A DNA stretch of 30,748 bases from a virus (IMGVR_UViG_3300033067_000622:1-30748), one strand, 5' to 3'; shown: positions 7,561-17,053, counted from the stretch's first letter. A program made the numbers and translations. Notes: generated by a model from the letters alone, not told the origin.

Positions 7561-8472
7561 ATGTCCACAATGACTCGCAGCCAGTTCCCGAAACAGCTTC
7601 AGGATGGCCTCAATACCGTATTCGGCATGGAATACGACAGCTTCCCGACTGTCTACGACAAGATTTTCGACGTGCAAACGTCGGACAAGGCATTCGAGGA
7701 AGACGTCTTGATGGTGGGCCTCGGCGGCGCCATCGAGAAGGCAGAAGGCTCGGCTGTCTCTTACGACAGCGGTTCGGAAGCCTGGGTGGCGCGCTACAAC
7801 CACATCACTGTGGCGCTCGCCTTCAAGATCACGGAAGAAGCCGTTGAAGATGGCCGCTACGGCGATATCGGCCAGAAATACTCACGCGCCCTCGCACGCT
7901 CCATGCGCTACACCAAGGAAGTGCGCGGCTCTTCGGTGCTCAACAACGGCTTTGACACCAACTACGCAGGCGGCGATGCGAAGCCCCTGTTCTCGACGAC
8001 GCACCCCCTCGCAGGTGGCGGCACGCTCTCCAACAAGCCCTCGACGGACGCTGACTTGTCCGAAGAAGCTCTTGAAGACGCGATGATTGCCATTGAGGGC
8101 TTTGTCGATGATCGCGGCCTCCCCATCATGGTCCGCGCTCAGAGCCTGATGGTTCCCCGTCAGTTGCAGTTCATCGCTCACCGCATTCTCAAGTCCAATG
8201 GCCAGTCGGGCACCGCGAACAACGACCCGAACGCGCTCAAGGACCTGGGCATGCTGCCGGGCGGTGTCTCGACGTCGGTTTACCTCTCTGACCCGGACGC
8301 ATGGTTCATCAAGACCAACGCCGCAGACGGGCTCAAGCACTTCGTTCGCCGCAAGCTGAAGCGCGGCGTCGAGGGTGACTTTGAAACTGGCAACATGCGC
8401 TACAAGGCCTCTGAGCGGTATTCGTTCGGGTGGACTGATTGGCGCGGCGCTTACGGCTCGTCTGGCGCTTAA
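7561..8472 (+). CDS. Major capsid protein (HK97 fold, Mu gpT-like family)
   Basis: RSQFPKQLQDGLN..FG.EY, SDKAFEE, KITEEAVED, DGKPLFS-like, YLSDPDAWFI, GDFETGNMRYKASERYSFGWTDWRG; strong AAGGAG SD. Confidence 0.95.
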   Translation: MSTMTRSQFPKQLQDGLNTVFGMEYDSFPTVYDKIFDVQTSDKAFEEDVLMVGLGGAIEKAEGSAVSYDSGSEAWVARYNHITVALAFKITEEAVEDGRYGDIGQKYSRALARSMRYTKEVRGSSVLNNGFDTNYAGGDAKPLFSTTHPLAGGGTLSNKPSTDADLSEEALEDAMIAIEGFVDDRGLPIMVRAQSLMVPRQLQFIAHRILKSNGQSGTANNDPNALKDLGMLPGGVSTSVYLSDPDAWFIKTNAADGLKHFVRRKLKRGVEGDFETGNMRYKASERYSFGWTDWRGAYGSSGA

Positions 8473-8491
8473 ACGCGCGCAGACGGCCATA

Positions 8492-8549
8492 CGAAGCGAT
8501 CACGGGGCCTCGGCATGTCCCGTGATCGTTGGTTACATCCAACGCTTCG
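8492..8549 (+). promoter_or_regulatory. Predicted three-way-junction RNA between MCP and the next gene
   Basis: CGAAGCG/CGCTTCG, CGATCACGGG/CCCGTGATCG and CGTTGG/CCAACG helices; ends immediately before the AAAGGA SD. Confidence 0.6.
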
Positions 8550-8561
8550 AAAGGAACAAAA

Positions 8562-9254
8562 ATGCCCGCTCCAGTCCGCTATCCAAATGGCGTCACGACG
8601 GTTGACGCGAATGATGTTCTCTCTCAGCTTCCCGTGCCAGATTGCACGCGCCTGATCGAGTATTACAACGACTTTCATGTTTACACGGCTGGTGAGTGGA
8701 CCGTCACTGAGACGCAGGCTGGCGCCACCCAGGCCGTTACGGCTGGCAACGGCGGCATCCTGCTGCTGACAAACTCCGCCGCCGACAACGACGTCAACCA
8801 GCTGCAATGCACGCAGGAAACATTCAAATCTGTGGCGGGCAAGAAGCTCTGGATGAAGGCGCGCTGGAAAGTCTCCAACGCAACTGAGACAGACGTCTAT
8901 ATCGGCCTCGTCATCACGGACACAGATATTGTCGGCGGTGTTTCGGATGGCATCTACTTCAAGAAGGCCGACGATGCAACGGCGCTGATCCACGTCCTGG
9001 AGAAGGACTCGACAGAGACCGCAACTGGCACCATCGCCACCATCGTAGCTGACACCTATGTCGAGACTGCGTTCTACTACAATGGCAAGGACGAGGTTGA
9101 GGTGTGGGTGGATGGCGTCAAAAAGGCGACGCACACGACGCTGACAAACCTGTGCCAGGATGAAGAGTTGGCCATCACCATCTCGCTCACAAACGGCTCG
9201 GCTGCCGCTCACACCATGAGCGTTGACTACATCTATATCGCCCAGGAGCGCTGA
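8562..9254 (+). CDS. Virion structural protein, beta-sandwich/lectin-like (probable head decoration)
   Basis: ATG 8562 after AAAGGA; Thr/Ala/Val-rich beta pattern ending MSVDYIYIAQER; follows MCP. Confidence 0.8.
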   Translation: MPAPVRYPNGVTTVDANDVLSQLPVPDCTRLIEYYNDFHVYTAGEWTVTETQAGATQAVTAGNGGILLLTNSAADNDVNQLQCTQETFKSVAGKKLWMKARWKVSNATETDVYIGLVITDTDIVGGVSDGIYFKKADDATALIHVLEKDSTETATGTIATIVADTYVETAFYYNGKDEVEVWVDGVKKATHTTLTNLCQDEELAITISLTNGSAAAHTMSVDYIYIAQER

Positions 9255-9280
9255 GCGGTCTAGGCATGAGGTGAACGCAG

Positions 9281-10354
9281 ATGGCCGTTTCATTCGCAAC
9301 AGCAAGACCTGTGTCACGGGGCATTTCGCGCTCCGTGACAGCGCGGCTGTTTGATGGCGGCGGTCTGGCCTCTGCTCTCCTTGGTGCTGAAGCAAACGGC
9401 CTTGCCATCGACTTCACTGATATGTCGATGGCCATCCGGGATACGGGCACGCCTGCGAATGCGTTCTCAGGAAATCCCAACACCAAGCTCACGTACTCCT
9501 CGCCCTCCACGAAATGGATACTCAACAAGAGCGGTGTCTACGAGAGCGGGACCACGCTGCGGACGGAGTACGACGCAAGCGGCAATCCTCTTGGTGTCAG
9601 GATCGAAGAAGCACGGACCAATCTCTTTCTCAACAGCCGGTCTCCAGCAACTCAAAATATCACCGTTTCAGCGACGCCCTACACGATGTCATTCATTGGA
9701 ACGGGCACGATCACGCTGTCAGGGGCTTCTACAGCCGGGCCGCTGGTCGGGACGGGCGCCAACAATCGTGTGACGCTGACGTTCACGCCAACGGCTGGAA
9801 CGCTGACATGTACAGTGTCCGGGACGATGGACTTTGTGCAGGTTGAGGCCGGTTCCTTTGCCACATCTCCCATTGTCACTGCTGGCAGCAGCGTGACAAG
9901 AGCGGCGGATGACATCAGCCTAGCGTTGACGGCGTTTCCGTTCACGGCGGCGACAAGCACCATTTTTGCCTACGCTCACGACAACAGCGCCGCTCCAGAC
10001 CCGCGCTATGTCGCTATTTCAGCAGGTGCCGCGCAGCGCTACATAGAGTTGTTCGGTGGTATATATCCGAGCCAGCGAGCCTACTCAGCAGGGGGCACAG
10101 GCCTTTCCATTCTTGGCACGTCTACTCGCAATCCGACGAAGATTGCCACGGCGATAGCGGCTAATGATCAGGCGTCCAGCGTCGATGGCGGCACAGTCCA
10201 GACGGACGCAACTGTCACCGTGACGCAGACGCCAACAACGCTTTATCTCGGCAAGTACGGCGGTGGGTCCAACTACCTCAACAGCTATTTGAAGCAGGTG
10301 ATGGTTCTCCCGCGACGCATGTCAAATGCAGAACTACAGGCGGTGACAGCATGA
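9281..10354 (+). CDS. Head spike fibre-like protein with LamG/ConA-like C-terminus
   Basis: GVRIEEARTNLFLNS, QVEAGSFATSPIVT..VTRAAD and C-terminal YLNSYLKQV..PRRMSNAELQAVT motifs, recalled from RcGTA Rcc01080-like head fibres. Confidence 0.75.
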   Translation: MAVSFATARPVSRGISRSVTARLFDGGGLASALLGAEANGLAIDFTDMSMAIRDTGTPANAFSGNPNTKLTYSSPSTKWILNKSGVYESGTTLRTEYDASGNPLGVRIEEARTNLFLNSRSPATQNITVSATPYTMSFIGTGTITLSGASTAGPLVGTGANNRVTLTFTPTAGTLTCTVSGTMDFVQVEAGSFATSPIVTAGSSVTRAADDISLALTAFPFTAATSTIFAYAHDNSAAPDPRYVAISAGAAQRYIELFGGIYPSQRAYSAGGTGLSILGTSTRNPTKIATAIAANDQASSVDGGTVQTDATVTVTQTPTTLYLGKYGGGSNYLNSYLKQVMVLPRRMSNAELQAVTA

Positions 10355-10434
10355 TTGGAGTTACAGCTTACGCCCCGGCTCGCGCCCTAATTAAAACCAG
10401 CGCCAACGTGTTGGCCTAAACCGGAGAAACGTTG

Positions 10435-10740
10435 ATGTCGGCAACATTTCGCGAAGACAGTCTTTCGTCGGCAACGGTTGGCGGCAAGGTAAAGTGCTCG
10501 CGCGCGCTCGTGGCCGTTGACGTTCCATCCGCCTTTTCCGGGACGGTGAAGTTCAAATGGACGGACGGCGGCGGCACCGTTCACACGGTCCAGGAGAGCG
10601 GTGCCGATCTCTCTCTTACCGCAGCCGGTGAGCGTGTTCTTGATTTTGGCGTGCCCGTCGAGCTTTACGGCGAAGTCACAGCATACACGTCTGGAACGGT
10701 ACGGATCACGATCACGGGCGCGAGGTATTCCTACCCGTAA
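10435..10740 (+). CDS. Small beta-rich virion protein (candidate head spike base)
   Basis: GGAG SD; AFSGTVKF...TAYTSGTVRITI jelly-roll-like pattern; adjacent to the head fibre gene. Confidence 0.65.
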   Translation: MSATFREDSLSSATVGGKVKCSRALVAVDVPSAFSGTVKFKWTDGGGTVHTVQESGADLSLTAAGERVLDFGVPVELYGEVTAYTSGTVRITITGARYSYP

Positions 10741-10770
10741 GCTTGGGCCTTCTTGCGGGGGTATTTGAGA

Positions 10771-11217
10771 ATGAGCCAGAGATTGCGAGCGCACGTCATG
10801 ACCAACAGCGCGACACGAGGAGAGGATTGGGTTCGGACCTTGGCGCACCACGACGCCGAGATTTCAAACTTGTCTGGCCGCATCACGGGCGTCGAGGCTG
10901 GCCTGAAAGGCCTCCAGACGGACGTCACACATGGGTTCTCGGACATCTCATCCAAGATTGAAAAGATCAACGCGCGGCCATCCTTTGAGGTGTCGAACGT
11001 GCTCGCCATCGTCAAGGACGCGGCGGTTCTTGTCGGCGCAGCCGTTGCAGCCATCATCTGGGTCACGACGGGGCAGTTCTCAGGAACCGTGGCGCGCCAG
11101 GATGAAACCAACAAACTCACAGAGCGCCGCCTGACAACGATTGAAGAGAAGATCAGCGAGAAGATTGGGTGGCTCGCGCGCATTGACGCCACACAACAGC
11201 AGCAGAGGCGCCAATGA
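10771..11217 (+). CDS. Coiled-coil membrane protein (holin-like candidate)
   Basis: Heptad region, then TM segment AAVLVGAAVAAIIWV, then coiled coil; ATGA overlap with the adaptor; start uncertain (10753, 10771 or 10798). Confidence 0.7.
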   Translation: MSQRLRAHVMTNSATRGEDWVRTLAHHDAEISNLSGRITGVEAGLKGLQTDVTHGFSDISSKIEKINARPSFEVSNVLAIVKDAAVLVGAAVAAIIWVTTGQFSGTVARQDETNKLTERRLTTIEEKISEKIGWLARIDATQQQQRRQ

Positions 11218-11912
11218 CAACCTCTGGCAGCTATATCTTTGATCCTACATTCGCCGCCATCCTCGACGAAGCGGCAGAGCGCGCAGGCATGGACCCGTCC
11301 ACGTTGAGCGCACGCCATATTCGCTCGGCCAAGATGTCGCTCAATTTGATGTTTTCTGATTGGGCGACGCGCGATGGCGATGCAGCTTATCGCGTTGATC
11401 GCCTGACCACATCCGTAACAGCTGGGAACGCATATTTCGACCCGACATCGGGCGTGATCGATATCCTGGATATGGTGATCGAATACAATGGCGGCGCGAC
11501 GGACGCGCCCATGACGCGTATTAGTGGTCAGGCGTACCTGGAGATTCCGAACAAGGCTGAGGCGGGTCAGCCTGCGCAGTACCACGTCGATAACAGCACA
11601 CAAAACGCGCCCCGTGTTTACCTGTGGCCCGTGCCGGATGCTGCTTGCGATTTCACCTACGAATGTATGCGCCACACGCAGATTGTGCGCTCACTTGCCG
11701 ACACCATGGACATTAACCGTCTTTGGATGGACGCGGTTGCCTCAGGCCTCGCGTTGCGGCTCGCGGAAAAGTATAACCAAGCGCGCGTTCCGCAATTGCT
11801 TGGCGCCGCCAATGAATCGCGCCGCGCCAGCTTGCGGAACGCCAAAGGCCGCTCCGAAGTTGTTATTGGCGTGCGCGGGTTTGGCTCTTCTATGCGGCGG
11901 AGGCGCCCATGA
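11214..11912 (+). CDS. Head-tail adaptor protein
   Basis: MTTSGSYIF, EAAERAG, SLNLMFSDW, RISGQAYLEIPNKAEAGQP.QY, YLWPVPD, GLALRLA motifs of podophage adaptors. Confidence 0.85.
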   Translation: MTTSGSYIFDPTFAAILDEAAERAGMDPSTLSARHIRSAKMSLNLMFSDWATRDGDAAYRVDRLTTSVTAGNAYFDPTSGVIDILDMVIEYNGGATDAPMTRISGQAYLEIPNKAEAGQPAQYHVDNSTQNAPRVYLWPVPDAACDFTYECMRHTQIVRSLADTMDINRLWMDAVASGLALRLAEKYNQARVPQLLGAANESRRASLRNAKGRSEVVIGVRGFGSSMRRRRP

Positions 11913-12241
11913 GCAAGCGCCGGTATTTCAAGCGCCTCGATGATCGCACGGGACGCCTTGAGCGCGCAGTAAACATCATCAATGATGGCGAAAAGCCAAA
12001 TCTTCGCGTCCACAAACGCGAAGCTGATAAGCCACACCCACTGTCCACACCGCGCGCAATCCCAGCCGATAGAGCCCAGATTGTCGGGCCGTCTGATCTC
12101 GACAGCGACGTCAGGGGCTTTGTTTACACCGTTGGCTTCACTGCCGATGCCGTCACGTTCCGGCGGCCAAGCCTTGCTGTTGTGTCACTCACGACGCCCC
12201 GCGTCTTGATCGACAGCAATGGTGCAGAGGAGGTGGTTTGA
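11909..12241 (+). CDS. Conserved virion-module hypothetical (DDRTG...VHKREADKPHP)
   Basis: Overlaps both adaptor genes; motif recalled from the gene between the two adaptors in related phages. Confidence 0.75.
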   Translation: MSKRRYFKRLDDRTGRLERAVNIINDGEKPNLRVHKREADKPHPLSTPRAIPADRAQIVGPSDLDSDVRGFVYTVGFTADAVTFRRPSLAVVSLTTPRVLIDSNGAEEVV

Positions 12242-12879
12242 TGGCGCAATGGAGCACAACATATAACGGCCTCCTGGCATCCATTCAATCTTATGTCGAG
12301 GACAACACCAGCGAGTTTATGAGCGAAGCTCAGGGGTGCATCAACCGCGCCGAGGAGCGGATCATCCGCGACCTCGATTTGAGCACGTTTAACCGCGTCT
12401 TGGATGTTGGCGTGTCGCTTGGCACGCAGTCCGTATCAAAAGGCTTTTCAGACGGGTCAGTGCTAAGCATTTTTTGCTCTGGCGCCTATGGCGGGCTTGA
12501 GCTGCGGTCTCGTGCGTTCATCCAGGACGCGGCTCTCGGCGCCAACGGCGTGCCGCTCTATTACGCAGAAGACGAGACGACACTCTTCCTCGCGCCCGTC
12601 TCAGATGCGTCATACACGCTATCCATCACATACTTGCTGCGCCCAACGCCGCTGTCTACAAGCTCGCAGACCAACTGGCTGACTGGCAACGCTGCCGATG
12701 CCTTGCTCTGGGCCGCCTTGATCGAGAGTGAGGCATTCCTGATCGCGCCAGAACGCGTTCAAGAGTTTGAGGCCAATTACGCGAAGTCCATCGGCCCGTT
12801 GCGGGCGCTCTGGCGCTCAAACGCTCAAGAAGCTTATGAGCCCATGGCGCCAACGCCCACCCCACAGCAAACGAGGTGA
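12241..12879 (+). CDS. Second adaptor/neck protein
   Basis: TYNGLLASIQSYVED, INRAEERIIRDL, GVPLYYA, LAPVSDASY, TNWL..NAADALLWAALIE; GAGGAGG SD. Confidence 0.85.
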   Translation: MAQWSTTYNGLLASIQSYVEDNTSEFMSEAQGCINRAEERIIRDLDLSTFNRVLDVGVSLGTQSVSKGFSDGSVLSIFCSGAYGGLELRSRAFIQDAALGANGVPLYYAEDETTLFLAPVSDASYTLSITYLLRPTPLSTSSQTNWLTGNAADALLWAALIESEAFLIAPERVQEFEANYAKSIGPLRALWRSNAQEAYEPMAPTPTPQQTR

Positions 12880-12882
12880 TGC

Positions 12883-13308
12883 ATGGGCTGCTTCTATACA
12901 CAGAGTTTCCTTTTGGAGTGCGCGACGGCGACGCACGACTTCTCCACGGACGTCATTAAGGTCTCGCTCCACAGCGCTGCGGCTAACCTTACGTCGTCAA
13001 CCGCAGCCTATAGCACGGCGGGAGAAGCTGTAGCAGGAAATGGCTATACATCAGCCGGGGAAGCCCTCGCCGTTTCCGCTGGCTACCCGCAGATCGTTGG
13101 GGGCCAATCTTGCGTGCGTTTTGAGGACGTTTCTTGGACGTTCGGGGCCAGCAAGACGGTGCGTTACGCGCTGATTTATAATTCATCCAAAAGTAACAAG
13201 ACCATCGCCGTGATTGATCTTGGCGCAGATCGCGCAGTGAGCGGCGCGTTTTCCATCAAATTCCCACTCACGCTCGACGCGTTCTTGCGTTTCGTGACCG
13301 CAGCATAA
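12883..13308 (+). CDS. Tail structural protein (SF..E...HDFSTDVIKVSL...GYTSAG...ALIYNSS)
   Basis: Motif recalled from conserved podophage tail proteins; GAGGTG SD. Confidence 0.82.
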   Translation: MGCFYTQSFLLECATATHDFSTDVIKVSLHSAAANLTSSTAAYSTAGEAVAGNGYTSAGEALAVSAGYPQIVGGQSCVRFEDVSWTFGASKTVRYALIYNSSKSNKTIAVIDLGADRAVSGAFSIKFPLTLDAFLRFVTAA

Positions 13309-13319
13309 GGAGCCAGGAT

Positions 13320-14459
13320 ATGGCCTCAAGCACGTCAATCGCGCTCCGCCAGGAGCTGATGGCCACAGGCGAGAATTCGTCTACATGGGGCGCAAAGCTC
13401 AACACAAATCTTGGCATCCTTGAATCGGCAATTACGGGCACCACAAGCGTCTCCACAACAGGCGGAACGACGACGCTTACGAACGTCGATTACACCAACG
13501 ACCAAGCCAAAAAAGCCGTCATTGACGTCTCTGGGGTGCTTGTTTCTGACGCTACCGTGGTCGTCCCCAACGTGTCCAAGGTCTACAAGGTTTTTAACCG
13601 CACCTCAGGCTCGTTCACTGTCAGCGTCAAGACATCGAGCGGTACAGCCATTGCTATCAACCAATCGACAGCGTGCGAAGTGTACTGCAACGGCTCAGAT
13701 GTCATGCGGTTTTTAACGCCCATGGCTGACTTTACAACTGGCGCGCCAGCCACGGCATCTGGCGCCGCAGCGTCGGCTGTCTCTGTGACACCATCTGGGA
13801 ATCTTTCCTCGACCAATGCGCAGGCCGCCCTATCTGAGCTTCAAGGCGACATCAACACCATCAACTCTACGCTCACGTCGTCCTATCAGCCAGTGGCCGC
13901 CCGCCTGACAGATTTTTCGTCGCTGGGTGTTGGCACAACTGGCTACGCTCTCATCGCTGACGCAGGCGTTTCGGCCAACATGAAGTGGTCGCCGCTTGTG
14001 CCAGCGGGCACCGATGTGCTGATGTATGAGTCTTCGGTTCTTGGGTGGACGGTCAACACGTCCAACACCAACTGCGCTGTGCGCATTGTCTCAAGTGGTG
14101 GTGGTGCGTTCACGTCGGGAACGGCGTTTACGAGCGTGTTTCAGAGCCGGACGATTTCCCAAGCAAATCTGCCAAATTACACACTCCCGGAAACGTTGGC
14201 CATTTCCACGCACGGCAATCACACACACACGACAGATTTCAAGTTTTATAACTCCGCATCGCCCAGCGGCGGCACCCACCCGTTTATTTTGCTGTCGTCA
14301 AGCAGCCTCGGGACTGATGTCAGTGTAACATCAAACAACAACAGCTCGGCGCTGTCGCACACAATCACGGGCTCTGTGACGTCAGGCGGCTCTGGCACGG
14401 CCATGGATTTTGCTGTCGCCTACGTCAATGTGTCGATTTTCTCAAAAAGTGCCTACTAG
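13320..14459 (+). CDS. Tail fibre with collar-like domain and HxH tip
   Basis: N-terminal ELMATGENSSTWG..NTNL anchor; TPSGNLSSTNAQAALSEL; collar-like PAGT...GWT...AVRIV; HGNHTHT; C-terminal AVAYVNVSIFSK. Confidence 0.82.
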   Translation: MASSTSIALRQELMATGENSSTWGAKLNTNLGILESAITGTTSVSTTGGTTTLTNVDYTNDQAKKAVIDVSGVLVSDATVVVPNVSKVYKVFNRTSGSFTVSVKTSSGTAIAINQSTACEVYCNGSDVMRFLTPMADFTTGAPATASGAAASAVSVTPSGNLSSTNAQAALSELQGDINTINSTLTSSYQPVAARLTDFSSLGVGTTGYALIADAGVSANMKWSPLVPAGTDVLMYESSVLGWTVNTSNTNCAVRIVSSGGGAFTSGTAFTSVFQSRTISQANLPNYTLPETLAISTHGNHTHTTDFKFYNSASPSGGTHPFILLSSSSLGTDVSVTSNNNSSALSHTITGSVTSGGSGTAMDFAVAYVNVSIFSKSAY

Positions 14460-14483
14460 AACATCAAGAGCAGGGGAGCGCAC

Positions 14484-14930
14484 ATGCTGAAAAGCGTACC
14501 AGACGAAAAGCGCAAATGCCCGCGCACGGGGTTCGCGCAGTCGTGCCGTGAGCTGGTTATGTCAGGAACTTGCCAAGACCGATGGGTCGATCTTGTCGTT
14601 AAGAATGTGCAGACCGGCACGGAGGACAAGCGCTGGGGATGCGTCGATGATCTAGCGCTCTCTGTGAATCTCTCTATCGAGGCGCGGCTTCTTGGTGTGC
14701 AGGCGGCTACGGAAAAGCGTGGCGACATGACGAACAGTCTGCTCATGGACACCATGATGCGTCAAGAGCGCCAGCATCGCGAGGCTTTGGGCTTGATTGA
14801 TGACCACCGCGCAGCAGGGGTGGCGCTTGCGCACCATGCACCGCCCTCGCAGGCCCTCTCTTGCCAAGCAGACGACAACGCACAGCTGGACATGATTGGC
14901 TACATAACCGAACCCGCAAAGGCTAATTGA
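14484..14930 (+). CDS. Cys-containing protein downstream of tail fibre (possible fibre chaperone)
   Basis: KCP...C...C..RW...NVQTG.EDKRWGC motif; GGGGAG SD; TGATG overlap with the nozzle gene. Confidence 0.75.
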   Translation: MLKSVPDEKRKCPRTGFAQSCRELVMSGTCQDRWVDLVVKNVQTGTEDKRWGCVDDLALSVNLSIEARLLGVQAATEKRGDMTNSLLMDTMMRQERQHREALGLIDDHRAAGVALAHHAPPSQALSCQADDNAQLDMIGYITEPAKAN

Positions 14931-17053
14931 TGTACGACGCCCGCCCGCTCGACATTCTTCCTGGAATTTTCAAGGAGTCTTCAGGCTACGCCGCCCAGGG
15001 GCGCTTTGTAGATGGCGAGAATGTCAGGTTTTGGAAAGGATTTCCTGAGCGCATCGGCGGCAGCGAATCTGTCGCTGATGATCGCTGTCTGCGCCCGCCA
15101 CGCGCTGCTATTGCGTGGCGGTCTCTTGACGGCAGCCTTCTTATGGCCTTTGGCCATGCGCGTGGCGTTCAATTACTGCGCGGCGGCGCTCTGACAGACA
15201 TCAGCTCTGACGCGTATTATACGCTCACCCTGACAACTGGCGCCATCACGGGCGGACCCTATCAGGCTTCAGAGGCGGTCACAACATCCAGCGGCGGGAG
15301 CGCCGTTATTGCGTTTGGCATATCAGCAAGCCCTGTTTTTATTGCCAATGACAACGGCACGCTGTCCATTGCGCTTTCTGGCATGTCTGGGTCATTTACT
15401 GTCGGTGAAACCGTCACGGCTACAGGAGGCGCCACGGCGCGCGTGCGCATCGCAACAGCATCAAGCCCTGTCCATGTCTATGACGATGCGGCTGCGACAG
15501 TGACGCTGACGGGCGGCTCTGGGACATACACATCTGGCGAAACTGTCAACGCCTCAGGTGGTGGCTCTGGTTATGTGGTGGCCAGCGGCTCAGGCACAAT
15601 TTTTGTTAGACAAATCGCAGGCGTGTTCACTGGCACGTTGACGGGGGCGACGTCTGGCGCCACCGGCACAATCTCCACTGTCGCGAACAGTATGACAGGG
15701 ACGCTTACAGGGTCCGTGTCTGGGGCAACCGGGACCATCACATCGAGCACCGTGCTGTGGAAAGGAACTATCACTGGCGGCACATCTGGCGCCACAGCGA
15801 CAGTTACAGCAGCGGCGGCTGAACCAAACCCCGTGACATCCGGCACCATCTCTGGCTACGGCGCAGGTGCGTGGGGGTCGTCTGTCTGGGGCGGCGTCGA
15901 AACACTTTATTCGACAGTATCGCACGCCATGACGTGGACGTTTGTGACGTGGGGCGAAGACCTGATTGCTTGCCCAAGGGGGCGTAAAATCTCAGTGCTC
16001 GACACAAGCGCGCACATCGCATCATCCGCCGTCAACCTCACCACAATCAGCGGCGCGCCCTTGACTGCCCTCGGCGTCTTCATGTCGGACGTCAATCGCA
16101 CGCTTGTTGCTTATGGCGCGCATGACGGCACCTCTGCGGATGATCTCAATATCCGCTGGTGCAACGAAGAAGACTATACCACATGGACAGCTTCAGCCGC
16201 TAACACGGCTGGCTCTTTGCGCTGTGAAGACGGCTCCGTCATTATCGGGCACATCCCAGCCAAGGACTCGCATTTGATTTCCACGGACACGGCGGTCTAC
16301 CAATTCCGCTACATTGGTCTCCCGTTTGTTTTTTCCCTGGAAAAAATCGCTACCGGCTCTGTGCTGCTGGGGCCTCATGCGGGGACAGAGCAAGATGGTG
16401 TGTCGTACTGGATGGGCCGTGATGGGTTCTATTTTTTCGATGGCAACGTTAACCCGCTCCCGTGCGATGTCCACGCTTACGTGTTTGGTCGTTTGAACGC
16501 GGTGCAGGCATTCAAAGTCGTTTGCGGCTCACTCAGGGCATACAATGAGGTGTGGTGGTTTTACGTGTCAACTGACGAGACGGAAATCGACAGTTACGTG
16601 TGCTTCAACACGGTCGAGCGCACATGGCATGTCGGCACCAAGGCGCGTACATGCTGGGTGGATTCCAACGTCGTGTTTTCGTACCCGACAGCGGCCAAGG
16701 CTGATGGGTCAATCCTCGTTGAGGAGTACGGCACGACAGACGACGGCACGCCATACAATTATTCGCTGTCAACAGGCGACATCGAGATCGATGACGGGAC
16801 AACGTTTCTGCATGCCCGCAAGCTGATCCCAGATTATGAGCGCATCGAGGGCGACCACACAGTCACCATTGAGGCGCGGGGGTGGCCAGCACGCGCTGCA
16901 ACGCAAAAGGGGCCGTACACCGTCAACGAAGCAACGACGGATATTTCTGTGAGGGCCCGGGGGCGTATGCTGCGGTTGCTCTTCGCGGGCTCTGATGATT
17001 TTCGCATGGGCCGTTGGCGCTATCGCGTCACTGGACACGGGAAGAAGGAATAA
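14930..17053 (+). CDS. Tail nozzle / DNA-stabilisation protein (beta-propeller type) with repeat insertion
   Basis: PGIFKESSGY..GRFVDGENVRF..GFPERIGG, WGEDLIACPRG, IRWCNEEDY..W, AGSLR, YWMG..GFY.FDG..LPCDV, YNEVWWFY, VRARGR...FRMG.WR motifs. Confidence 0.88.
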   Translation: MYDARPLDILPGIFKESSGYAAQGRFVDGENVRFWKGFPERIGGSESVADDRCLRPPRAAIAWRSLDGSLLMAFGHARGVQLLRGGALTDISSDAYYTLTLTTGAITGGPYQASEAVTTSSGGSAVIAFGISASPVFIANDNGTLSIALSGMSGSFTVGETVTATGGATARVRIATASSPVHVYDDAAATVTLTGGSGTYTSGETVNASGGGSGYVVASGSGTIFVRQIAGVFTGTLTGATSGATGTISTVANSMTGTLTGSVSGATGTITSSTVLWKGTITGGTSGATATVTAAAAEPNPVTSGTISGYGAGAWGSSVWGGVETLYSTVSHAMTWTFVTWGEDLIACPRGRKISVLDTSAHIASSAVNLTTISGAPLTALGVFMSDVNRTLVAYGAHDGTSADDLNIRWCNEEDYTTWTASAANTAGSLRCEDGSVIIGHIPAKDSHLISTDTAVYQFRYIGLPFVFSLEKIATGSVLLGPHAGTEQDGVSYWMGRDGFYFFDGNVNPLPCDVHAYVFGRLNAVQAFKVVCGSLRAYNEVWWFYVSTDETEIDSYVCFNTVERTWHVGTKARTCWVDSNVVFSYPTAAKADGSILVEEYGTTDDGTPYNYSLSTGDIEIDDGTTFLHARKLIPDYERIEGDHTVTIEARGWPARAATQKGPYTVNEATTDISVRARGRMLRLLFAGSDDFRMGRWRYRVTGHGKKE

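Noticed and set aside
10351-10419. 22-codon ORF MIGVTAYAPARALIKTSANVLA overlapping the head-fibre stop
   Set aside because: Too short and featureless to support, although the ATGA overlap makes translation possible.
11909-12241. Apparent loss of Zn-finger cysteines (DDRTG, VHKRE) as a novelty
   Set aside because: I recall Cys-free variants of this family in related podophages, so it is probably ordinary variation.
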